Shown here piece after piece: positions 17,436 to 26,232 of a stretch of DNA of 26,232 bases. A program made the position numbers and the translations under genes. Source of the DNA: an uncultured bacterium (GTDB taxonomy: Bacteria; Hydrogenedentota; Hydrogenedentia; Hydrogenedentales; JAEUWI01); assembly GCA_963977445.1 (NCBI GenBank), contig CAXBPH010000081.1, positions 1-26,232 on the forward strand, in the 5' to 3' direction. A model generated the notes under the pieces. That model was given only the letters and a program-made list of their open reading frames with translations. It was not told the origin of the DNA and ran no database searches. Numbering within the stretch: the stretch's first letter is position 1; every line of letters starts with the position of its first letter.

Positions 17436-20400
17436 ATGACGCCGTTTTCGCGTACCGCGACCCGCTTCCCTATTGCAATCTTCCTTGCACTTCCCTTCGC
17501 CCTCTTTCTCTCGTCGGCCTATGGCTCGACCACGGAAATCACCCAGGGTGCCGGGCCGCTGTCGGTCACGATGGACGAAGATAGCAGTCCAATCGCCTTT
17601 ATTCCTCCCGCACTGGATGCTACCGATGGTTGCGGCCAACCCATCAACTGGTCTGTCTCCGTCGCAGCCAGCCATGGCACCGCAGTCGTGAGCGGGACGG
17701 GCGCTTCGCCGACCATGTTTAACTACACTCCGGACGCAGATTTCAATGGCTCCGATAGCTTTACGGTTCGGGCGAGTGGTATTGGTTCGGACACGATTGT
17801 CGTGAACGTGATCATTGATGCTCAGAACGATGCACCCGAATTTGTGCAGGACTATGCCTATGCCGGCCAGTGGGGCTCGCTCGGCTCAGGCGACGGCCAG
17901 TTTAATGATCCCCAATGCGTCGCCTTCGACAGCGCGGGCAACGTGTATGTGTCTGAATGGGCAGGCCACCGGGTACAGAAGTTTGGCGCGGACGGCACCT
18001 ACCTATCGCAATGGGGTGGGAATGGAAGTGGGAACGGCCAATTCAACAACACCGCCGGCATTGGGGTCGATTCTTCGGATAACGTCTACGTGGTGGACTC
18101 TTCGAACCAACGGATCCAGAAATTTGATACCAGCGGCACCTACCTCGCGCAATGGGGCAGTGGTGGTTCCGCCGATGGGCAATTCAATTTCCCCGTCGGC
18201 CTGACCATTGACCCGTCGGACAACATCTATGTGTCAGAGGTCAACAACCGCCGCATCCAGAAGTTTGACACCGACGGCAACTTTCTTCTGAAATGGGGGA
18301 GCAGCGGCAGCGCCGATGGGCAGTTTACTACACCTTTTATACTGGCGGCGGATCCATCGGGAACTATCTACGTGGCGGACCAGTCCCAGGACCGCGTGCA
18401 GCGCTTTGACGCAGACGGTACTTTTCTCTTGAAATGGGGTGCTGCTGGCAGCGGCGACGGTCTTTTTGGTGATATATACGGTATCTGGGTGGGACTGGAC
18501 GGCACGGTCTACACCACGGATCAGAGTGACGCCGAGGTGCAGCTCTTCAGTCCGACGGGTGTTTCACTGGACCGCTTTGGCACGGCCGGAACGGGCGCTG
18601 GTCAGTTCACGACGACGCAGGGAATTGCGGTCAATGCGACGGGGCGTATGTACGTTACCGATTCCCACCGGGTTCAGTATTTCGAACGGGCCGTCACCGG
18701 TACGAGTGTCGCCGTCACGATGGACGAGGATGGGGCGCCCACGGCCTTTGACTTGACGTTGTATGGTGGTGAACCGGACGTCACCGATACAATTACATGG
18801 AGTATCAGTAGTGCAGCTTCCCACGGCACCGCGAGTGCGTCGGGAACGGGTTCCTTTAAGGCCATCGGCTACGCGCCGTCCGCAAACTACAGTGGAGCGG
18901 ATAGCTTTGTCGTTCAGATTGCTGACGGCAATGGCGGCATGGACACCATGACGGTAAACGTTACCGTAAACGCCGTGGCCGATGCGCCGGTCATCACGCA
19001 GGGCGCGGGCCCCCTGACGGTGACGATGAGCGAAGATGGTGCACCGACGGCTTTTGCGGCCCCCACCCTGGGTGCGACGGATGCGGAGGGTGACACGCTG
19101 ACCTGGTCGGTCTCCTCGGCCGCCAGCCACGGCACGGCGACGGTAAGCGGCACGGGGGCTTCGCCTTCGACCTTTACCTACGTGCCCACAGCCGATTACA
19201 ACGGCATGGACAGTTTCACCATCCAGGTTTCGGACGGGAACAGCGGTACCGACACCATCGTCGTTAATGTAACGGTGGACGGGGTTAACGATGCGCCTGA
19301 ATTCCAGAGTGCCTTCAAATTCGGGGGCAAGTGGGGTTCAAACGGTACAGGCAATGGCCAATTCCGTATGAGCCAGACCGACTACATCGCCCTCGATGGG
19401 GCCGGTAATGTTTACGTCGGCGATTTCTCCAATGACCGCATCCAGAAATTCGATGCCGATGGAAACTACCTCTCCCAGTTTGATAGTTCCGGATCGAGCG
19501 ATGGCCCGCTCCGTCGTGTAACGGGTATTGCCATCGATTCCAACGGCAATATTTATGCGGGCGACCGTAACAACCACCGCGTCCAAAAGTTTAATTCGAG
19601 CGGCACGTTTTTGCTGACGTGGGGTTCGCAGGGCTCGGGCAACGGCCAGTTTCAAAGCCCCGAAGGTATTGCCGTCGATTCTTCAGACAACGTCTACGTG
19701 GTGGACCGCAGCAACCATCGCGTTCAAAAATTTAATGCAAGCGGAAATTTTATTGCGGCTTGGGGCGGCACCACCGCGAGCAGCGCCGATGGCCAGTTTA
19801 GCACCCCCTACGGCATAGCGGTTGATGCCTCGGACAACGTCTATGTTTGCGAAGATGGCAACGATCGCATTCAAGTCTTCAACACCAGTGGCGTATTCCA
19901 GCGCAAGTGGGGAAGCACCGGGGTAGAAGAAGGCAAATTTGATGCGGTTCGGGGCGTTGCCGTCGGCGGGGACGGCCGGATCTATACCACCGACTACAAC
20001 CAGCACCGTGTCCAGGTATTTACTTCGGACGGCACGTTTGTCGAGCTATGGGGCACCAATGGTGTCAGTGGCACCGCAGACGGCCAATTCAATAGGCCGG
20101 TCGGGATAGTCTGCTCACCCATGGGCCGTGTTTATGTCGTGGACATCTCCAACAGCCGTGTCCAGTATTTCGAGCCTGGTGTGTCGGGTAGCTCCGTCGA
20201 GGTGTCGATGGATGAAGACAGTAGTCCATCCCCCTTCGCGCTGTCACTTGAAGCCGGAGACCGAGATGGCGACACCCTGACTTGGAGCATTTCCAGTGCC
20301 GCCAGCCATGGCACGGCGACCGCAAGTGGCACGGGCGCTTCGCCATCGACGTTTAGCTATGTGCCCACCGCCGACTACAACGGCATGGACAGCTTTGATC

Positions 20401-23400
20401 TTCAAGTGAGTGATGGCAATGGCGGGACGGCCACCCTCACAGTGAATGTCACCATCAGCGCCCAGGCCGATGCGCCGGTTATTACCCAGGGTGCCGGACC
20501 GTTGGCGGTGACGATGGATGAAGACGGTGTGCCGGTACCCTTCGCCGCGCCCACCCTTGCCGCGACGGATCCGGACGGCGATACGCTCACGTGGTCGGTG
20601 TCCTCGGCGGCGACCAACGGCACGGCGACGGTAAGCGGTACGGGGGCATCGCCTTCGACCTTCACCTATGCGCCCACGGCCCATTTCAACGGCATGGACA
20701 GCTTCACCATCCAGGTTTCGGACGGGAACAGCGGTACCGATACCATCGTCGTGAATGTGACGGTTAGTGCCGTAAACGACGCGCCGACGTTTTTCGCCCC
20801 CCACCCCTTTGTGGGGAAATGGGGCACATCGGGCGGGGGGGACGGCCAGTTCAACAACCCCATCGGCATGGCCGTGGACAGCGTGGGGAATGTCTATGTG
20901 ACCGAATTTAACGGCTCACGCGTGCAGGTCTTCGACGCGGACGGTGCCTTCCTGAGGAAATGGGGCAGTACCGGATCGGGCGATGTCCAGTTTTTCAACC
21001 CTGCGGGGATAGCGCTGGACGCCAGCGACAACGTGTACGTGGCCGACTATGGCAACAACCGTATTCAGAAATTCGACGCCAACGGCAACTTCCTCCTGAA
21101 ATGGGGCACCCCGGGCAGCGGCGCTGGCCAATTCATCGATCCCATTGGAGTCGCGGTAGGGCCATCGGGCAATGTCTACACGACAAACTACGGCGGTTCT
21201 CGTATCCAGAAATTCGATTCCACGGGCAACTTCCTGCTCCAATGGGGTAGCAGCGGTACCGGCGACGGCCAGTTTGCGGGAACTTCCGGCGTGGCCGTGG
21301 ATTCTGTGGGGCAGGTGTACGTGACGGATTATACGTTGACTCGCGTACAGGTCTTCGATAGCAGCGGCAATTTCCTGCGCAAGTGGGGTAGTTCCGGTTC
21401 GGGCGTTGGCCAATTTAACGATGCCAACGCCATCAGTATCGGCCCCGACGACGTGGTGTATGTCGCCGACAGCGGCAATCTCCGAATCCAGACCTTTACG
21501 TCTTCGGGCGATTTTTTGGAGACCTGGGGCAGCATCGGCTCGGGAGATGGCCAGTTTAGCTATCCCTTCGGCATCGTGGCGACGCCTTCGGGCCGGGTCT
21601 ACGTACCTGACTTTAACCTGAACAACGTACAGTATTTCGGCCATGTGGCCGTCAGCACGATGGCCGCCGTGGCCATGGACGAAGACGGAACCCCCACGCC
21701 CTTCGCATTGACCCTGAATGGATCCGACATCGAGATGGACACGCTCACGTGGAGCATTTCGGGTGCGGCGGCCCATGGGGCGGCCAGCGTCTCGGGCACG
21801 GGGAACTCAAAATCGATTACCTATACGCCGACCGTCGACTACAACGGCATGGACAGCTTCGACGTCCAGATCGCCGACGGCAACGGCGGTACCGATACCG
21901 TCACGGTCAACGTCACCATCGATCCACAGGCCGATGCACCGGTTATTACCCAGGGTGTCGGGCCGTTGGCGGCTACGATGGATGAAGACGGTGTGCCGGT
22001 GCCCTTCGCCGCGCCCACCCTCGACGCGACAGACCCGGACGGCGACACGCTGACGTGGTCGGTGTCTTCGCCCGCGAGCCATGGCACGGCGACCGTGTCC
22101 GGCTCGGGTGCCTCTCCGAGCACGTTTACCTATGTGCCCACGACCGATTACAACGGCATGGATAGCTTTACAATCCAAGTATCCGACGGGAACATGGGTG
22201 CCGACTCTATTGTGGTAAACATGACCATCGACGCGCGGAGCGAGCCCCCGATTATCGATCAGGGCGCAGGACCCCTTACGGTAACGATGGACGAAGACGG
22301 CGCGCCCACGGCTTTCGTGGCCCCCACGCTGAGTGCGACCGATCCGGAGAGTGACCCGTTGACCTGGTCGGTGTCCTCGCCCGCGAGCCACGGCACGGCG
22401 ACGGTGAGCGGGGTTGGCACCTCACCCCCGACGTTCACCTATGTGCCCGAAACCCACTTCAACGGCACGGACAGCTTTACCGTTCGGGTGACGGACGGCG
22501 ACAGCGGCCCGGATACGATTGTGGTAGACGTTACGGTGGCCCCCATCAACGATGCACCGTCCCTTTCGATTGTCCAATTTGCCGCTGGAGGTTGGGGCGT
22601 CGAAGGCAGTGGAGACGGTGAGTTTCAGGTACCCTTCTCCCTCGATCTCGATAGTGCAGGGAATGTCTATGTGACCGACACGGATAACCGTCGGGTTCAG
22701 GTATTCGACGCCGATGGCCTTTACCTCCGACAGTGGGGTACCGAGGGCTCCGGCGATGGGCAATTCCTGTATCCCTTTGCGTTGGCGATCGATGGTAGCG
22801 ACAATGTCTATGTGTCGGACAGCGAAACCAATCGGATTCAGAAATTTGATTCGAGCGGAAACTTTCTCCTGGGATGGGGTACCGAGGGCGTCGGCGATGG
22901 CCAGTTCCAGGTCCCCTATAGTCTGGCGATAGGTGTTTCCGGCGAAGTGTACGTGAGCGATACCCGAAACGCCCGAATTCAGGTGTTCGATTCCAACGGC
23001 ACCTTCCTCCGGAAATGGGGCACCTTGGGTGACGGCATTGGCGAACTCGATAACCCCAACGGCATCGACCTGGATGACGCCGGAAACCTGTACGTCATCG
23101 ATGCAAACAACGGCCGCGTGCAGGTCTTTGATTCCACCGGAAACTTCGTGCGTACGTGGGGCAGCACCGGCGAAGAAGAAGGACAGTTCTATGCCCCCAT
23201 CGGCATCGATGTACGTCCAGACGACATTGTCTTGACGACGGAGATCTTCTCTGGGCGCATTCAGGCCTTTTCGACAGACGGCACCTTCCTCACCTCTTGG
23301 GGAAAGCTCGGGCTGGATCCAGGCTTGTTGGCCTACCCGACCGGCATAGTAACGGCACCTTCGGGCCGAATCTACGTCGCGGAGGCCTTTGGCCAACGCG

Positions 23401-26232
23401 TACAGTACTTTTTGCCTGAGGTCCTCGCCTCGACACCGACGGTGACGATGGACGAAGATGGTATGCCCAAGCCCTTTGCGCTGTTTATGGAGGCCATTGA
23501 CCCTGAAAATGACACCATAACCTGGAGCGTGAGCAGCCCGGCCTCCCATGGGGTGGCCACCGTATCGGGAACCGGAGCAGAGAATTCCATCTCCTACGTA
23601 CCCGTGGCGAATTACACGGGCACCGACAGTTTCGACGTCCATATCGACGACGGAAATATGGGCACGGATACCGTCACCATAACCGTGAACATTAACAGCG
23701 TAAACGATGTCCCCGTTATTACCCAGGGGGACGGCCCGCTCACGGTAAGCATGGATGAGGATGGCGCGTTTGTGGCACCAACCGTGGCCGCAACCGATAA
23801 CGACAGTGGGGACACGTTGACGTGGTCCCTTTCCGCCGCAGCCAGCAACGGCACGGCCACCGTTAGCGGCGCTGGCGCGTCGCCCGGAACCTTTACCTAT
23901 GTGCCCACGACGAACTATAACGGTATGGACAGCTTCACCGTTCAGGTTTCCGACGGGAACATGGGCGTCGACACGATAGTGGTGAACGTAACCATCGATC
24001 CGCAGAATGACGCGCCCGTCATTACGCAGGGAGCGGGACCGCTCGCCGTATCCATGTCGGAAGATGGCACACCCTCGGCCTTTGTTGCCCCAACGATTGG
24101 TGCGACGGATGTGGAAGGCGACACCCTCACGTGGTCGGTGAGCTCCCCGGCCACAAAAGGTACTGCGACCCTCAGTGGCACGGGCGCGGCCCCGTCGGTC
24201 TTCACCTATGTGCCCGATCTCAACGAGAATGGTGCGGACAGCTTCACCATTCAGGTGGACGATAGTAACGGTGGCGTAGATTCCATCGTGGTCAACGTGA
24301 CCGTCAGTCCCCAAAATGATACGCCGACAATTGACCAAGGCGACGGCCCGCTCTCTATCACCATGGACGAAGATGCCTCGCCGACGGCCTTTGTGGCGCC
24401 CACCTTGGGTGCGACCGATATTGACGGCGATACCCTGACGTGGTCCCTTGCTTCTCCGGCCAGCAGTGGCACGGCGACGGTGAGTGGCAGCGGCACAACG
24501 CCCGGTGTCTTCACCTACATACCGGCGAGCAATTTCAACGGTGCGGACAGCTTCACCATAGCGGTGGACGATAGCAACGGCGGTGTGGATAGCATCGTGG
24601 TCAACGTCACGGTCAGCGCCCGGAATGATGCTCCGGTAATCGGTCAGGGTGATGCCCTGGCGGTAACCATGGACGAAGACGGTGCACCGACCGCCTTTGC
24701 GGCACCCACGCTGAGCGCATCGGATGTAGACGGTGATACGCTGACGTGGGCGGTTTCTTCTCCGGCCAGTACTGGCACGGCGACGGTGAGTGGCAGCGGC
24801 ACAACGCCCGGTGTCTTCACCTACGTACCGGCGGCCAATTTCAATGGTGCGGACAGCTTCACCATTGCGGTGAATGATAGCAACGGCGGTGTGGATAGCA
24901 TCGTGGTCAGCGTGACCGTCAATGCCCAGAATGATGCTCCGGTAATCGGTCAGGGTGATGCCCTGGCGGTAAGCATGGACGAAGACGGTGTTCCCACCGC
25001 CTTCGTGGCACCGACCTTGGGTGCAACGGATGTGGACGGCGACACACTGACTTGGTCCCTTGCTTCGGCACCGGAAAACGGCACCGCCACCGTCAGTGGT
25101 AGTGGCGTATCGCCTGGTGTCTTCACCTACGTGCCTGCGACGGACTTCAATGGTGCAGACAGTTTTGTCATCGCGGTTTCCGACGGCAACGACACCATGG
25201 ACACCATCACGGTGAACGTGACCGTTACGTCGGTGAACGACATGCCAGCCTTGGCGGCCATTGGCTCGAAGGAAGTGGAGGAGGGCGCTACGCTTACCTT
25301 CACGTTGTCGGCCACCGATGTGGAGGGCGATGCACTCACTTTCGACGCGGCCAATCTGCCGACGGGTGCTGCATTTGATGTAGAGACGGCGACCTTCAAC
25401 TGGACCCCGGCCTTCGATCAGTCGGGTGTCGTTATGGAGGTGCTCTTCCGGGTCACCGATGATGGCACGCCGCCTTTGACCGACACCGAGGCGATCAGCA
25501 TCACGGTCGGCAATGTAAACCGTCCGCCGGTGTTGGACGCCCTGGACAACCAGGCCGCCGCGGAGAACATGCCGCTCAGCTTCACGATAACCGGTAGTGA
25601 TCCCGACGGCGACACCATCGCCTTCTCGGCCACGAACCTGCCGACAGGTGCGGCATTCGATACCGAAACGGCTACCTTCTCGTGGACGCCGGGCTTTGAC
25701 GATGCCGGTGTCTATTCGGATGTGGTCTTCACGGTGACCGACAATGGCTCACCTGTAGAATCCGATTCCCAGGCCATTACCCTCACGGTGGGCGATGTGA
25801 ATCGCATGCCCGAGCTGGCGGCCATCGGAAACCGCACGGTGAATGAGGGCGAAAGCCTTTCCTTCATGGTGACAGCGGTAGATGCTGATGGCGATAGCCT
25901 CGGTTATAGTGTCACTGATTCACCCGAAGGCGCCGAATTCGACGCTACGACCCAATCCTTCTCGTGGACGCCCAGCTTCGAGGCCATGGGCACCTATAAC
26001 GTCACCTTCACGGTAACCGACGATGGTACCCCGGTCCAGACCGACACCGAGACCATCACGATTACCGTCGCGGATGTTGTCGTGGGTGAAGGAGAAGGTG
26101 AGGGCGAAGGTGAAGGTGAAGGAGAAGGAGAAGGTGAAGGAGAAGGTGAAGGTGAAGGTGAAGGAGAAGGAGAAGGTGAAGGTGAAGGTGAAGGTGAAGG
26201 TGAAGGTGAAGGTGAAGGTGAAGGTGAAGGTG
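17436..26232 (+). CDS. Giant secreted adhesin-like protein (at least 2932 aa, 3' partial): 14 cadherin-like/Big_9 repeats, 4 NHL propellers, 3 He_PIG-like domains, Gly-Glu repeat
   Basis: Translated by hand in sampled segments. AGGAG RBS (17422-17426), ATG 17436, signal peptide MTPFSRTATRFPIAIFLALPFALFLSSAYG. Repeats VITQGAGPLxVTMDEDG...TLTWSVSS...YNGMDSFT...NDAP; NHL blades WGSxGSGDGQFxxPxGIAVDxxGNVYVxDxxNxRIQKF. The GE codons at 26085 are in the same frame, and the ORF track lists no stop-terminated ORF from this start. Confidence 0.93.
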   Translation, partial: MTPFSRTATRFPIAIFLALPFALFLSSAYGSTTEITQGAGPLSVTMDEDSSPIAFIPPALDATDGCGQPINWSVSVAASHGTAVVSGTGASPTMFNYTPDADFNGSDSFTVRASGIGSDTIVVNVIIDAQNDAPEFVQDYAYAGQWGSLGSGDGQFNDPQCVAFDSAGNVYVSEWAGHRVQKFGADGTYLSQWGGNGSGNGQFNNTAGIGVDSSDNVYVVDSSNQRIQKFDTSGTYLAQWGSGGSADGQFNFPVGLTIDPSDNIYVSEVNNRRIQKFDTDGNFLLKWGSSGSADGQFTTPFILAADPSGTIYVADQSQDRVQRFDADGTFLLKWGAAGSGDGLFGDIYGIWVGLDGTVYTTDQSDAEVQLFSPTGVSLDRFGTAGTGAGQFTTTQGIAVNATGRMYVTDSHRVQYFERAVTGTSVAVTMDEDGAPTAFDLTLYGGEPDVTDTITWSISSAASHGTASASGTGSFKAIGYAPSANYSGADSFVVQIADGNGGMDTMTVNVTVNAVADAPVITQGAGPLTVTMSEDGAPTAFAAPTLGATDAEGDTLTWSVSSAASHGTATVSGTGASPSTFTYVPTADYNGMDSFTIQVSDGNSGTDTIVVNVTVDGVNDAPEFQSAFKFGGKWGSNGTGNGQFRMSQTDYIALDGAGNVYVGDFSNDRIQKFDADGNYLSQFDSSGSSDGPLRRVTGIAIDSNGNIYAGDRNNHRVQKFNSSGTFLLTWGSQGSGNGQFQSPEGIAVDSSDNVYVVDRSNHRVQKFNASGNFIAAWGGTTASSADGQFSTPYGIAVDASDNVYVCEDGNDRIQVFNTSGVFQRKWGSTGVEEGKFDAVRGVAVGGDGRIYTTDYNQHRVQVFTSDGTFVELWGTNGVSGTADGQFNRPVGIVCSPMGRVYVVDISNSRVQYFEPGVSGSSVEVSMDEDSSPSPFALSLEAGDRDGDTLTWSISSAASHGTATASGTGASPSTFSYVPTADYNGMDSFDLQVSDGNGGTATLTVNVTISAQADAPVITQGAGPLAVTMDEDGVPVPFAAPTLAATDPDGDTLTWSVSSAATNGTATVSGTGASPSTFTYAPTAHFNGMDSFTIQVSDGNSGTDTIVVNVTVSAVNDAPTFFAPHPFVGKWGTSGGGDGQFNNPIGMAVDSVGNVYVTEFNGSRVQVFDADGAFLRKWGSTGSGDVQFFNPAGIALDASDNVYVADYGNNRIQKFDANGNFLLKWGTPGSGAGQFIDPIGVAVGPSGNVYTTNYGGSRIQKFDSTGNFLLQWGSSGTGDGQFAGTSGVAVDSVGQVYVTDYTLTRVQVFDSSGNFLRKWGSSGSGVGQFNDANAISIGPDDVVYVADSGNLRIQTFTSSGDFLETWGSIGSGDGQFSYPFGIVATPSGRVYVPDFNLNNVQYFGHVAVSTMAAVAMDEDGTPTPFALTLNGSDIEMDTLTWSISGAAAHGAASVSGTGNSKSITYTPTVDYNGMDSFDVQIADGNGGTDTVTVNVTIDPQADAPVITQGVGPLAATMDEDGVPVPFAAPTLDATDPDGDTLTWSVSSPASHGTATVSGSGASPSTFTYVPTTDYNGMDSFTIQVSDGNMGADSIVVNMTIDARSEPPIIDQGAGPLTVTMDEDGAPTAFVAPTLSATDPESDPLTWSVSSPASHGTATVSGVGTSPPTFTYVPETHFNGTDSFTVRVTDGDSGPDTIVVDVTVAPINDAPSLSIVQFAAGGWGVEGSGDGEFQVPFSLDLDSAGNVYVTDTDNRRVQVFDADGLYLRQWGTEGSGDGQFLYPFALAIDGSDNVYVSDSETNRIQKFDSSGNFLLGWGTEGVGDGQFQVPYSLAIGVSGEVYVSDTRNARIQVFDSNGTFLRKWGTLGDGIGELDNPNGIDLDDAGNLYVIDANNGRVQVFDSTGNFVRTWGSTGEEEGQFYAPIGIDVRPDDIVLTTEIFSGRIQAFSTDGTFLTSWGKLGLDPGLLAYPTGIVTAPSGRIYVAEAFGQRVQYFLPEVLASTPTVTMDEDGMPKPFALFMEAIDPENDTITWSVSSPASHGVATVSGTGAENSISYVPVANYTGTDSFDVHIDDGNMGTDTVTITVNINSVNDVPVITQGDGPLTVSMDEDGAFVAPTVAATDNDSGDTLTWSLSAAASNGTATVSGAGASPGTFTYVPTTNYNGMDSFTVQVSDGNMGVDTIVVNVTIDPQNDAPVITQGAGPLAVSMSEDGTPSAFVAPTIGATDVEGDTLTWSVSSPATKGTATLSGTGAAPSVFTYVPDLNENGADSFTIQVDDSNGGVDSIVVNVTVSPQNDTPTIDQGDGPLSITMDEDASPTAFVAPTLGATDIDGDTLTWSLASPASSGTATVSGSGTTPGVFTYIPASNFNGADSFTIAVDDSNGGVDSIVVNVTVSARNDAPVIGQGDALAVTMDEDGAPTAFAAPTLSASDVDGDTLTWAVSSPASTGTATVSGSGTTPGVFTYVPAANFNGADSFTIAVNDSNGGVDSIVVSVTVNAQNDAPVIGQGDALAVSMDEDGVPTAFVAPTLGATDVDGDTLTWSLASAPENGTATVSGSGVSPGVFTYVPATDFNGADSFVIAVSDGNDTMDTITVNVTVTSVNDMPALAAIGSKEVEEGATLTFTLSATDVEGDALTFDAANLPTGAAFDVETATFNWTPAFDQSGVVMEVLFRVTDDGTPPLTDTEAISITVGNVNRPPVLDALDNQAAAENMPLSFTITGSDPDGDTIAFSATNLPTGAAFDTETATFSWTPGFDDAGVYSDVVFTVTDNGSPVESDSQAITLTVGDVNRMPELAAIGNRTVNEGESLSFMVTAVDADGDSLGYSVTDSPEGAEFDATTQSFSWTPSFEAMGTYNVTFTVTDDGTPVQTDTETITITVADVVVGEGEGEGEGEGEGEGEGEGEGEGEGEGEGEGEGEGEGEGEGEGEGEGEG
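26085..26232 (+). repeat. Coding hexanucleotide repeat (GGN GAR)n = (Gly-Glu)n
   Basis: About 24 tandem units, mostly ggtgaa/ggagaa, running off the end of the window. Confidence 0.97.

Noticed and set aside
17853..23411. Diversity-generating retroelement acting on the NHL repeats
   Set aside because: No reverse transcriptase in the window and no template/variable repeat pair differing only at adenines was seen.
16015..24338. Long minus-strand ORFs (16015-17229, 20916-21776, 22422-24338 and many repetitive short ones)
   Set aside because: Antisense to the HD-GYP and giant adhesin genes; their repetitiveness mirrors the Ig and NHL repeats.

Overview
GC-rich bacterial chromosomal segment, most likely from a PVC-like lineage. 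Candidatus Hydrogenedentes is suggested by the DUF1559 style, the alginate-export-like porin and the Gly-Glu repeat (inference). Gene order: a minus-strand DUF1592-type dihaem protein, a secreted beta-propeller glycosidase-like protein and a DUF1552 protein, the last two separated by a MITE/REP-like element; then an alginate-export-family outer-membrane barrel, a secreted hypothetical protein, an SDR oxidoreductase, an AT-richer prepilin-type DUF1559 gene between repeat clusters, an MsbA/Sav1866-type ABC exporter, a RimJ/RimL GNAT and an FHA-GAF-HD-GYP-zinc-ribbon signalling protein. From 17436 to the end runs a giant secreted protein of more than 2900 aa that is absent from the ORF track because it has no stop in the window. 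It has 14 cadherin-like Ig repeats, four six-bladed NHL propellers inserted inside Ig domains, three He_PIG-like domains and a (GE)n tract. Intergenic DNA is rich in at least four palindromic repeat families. No rRNA, tRNA, CRISPR array or transposase was seen. All domain calls come from motif recognition by eye, not from database searches.
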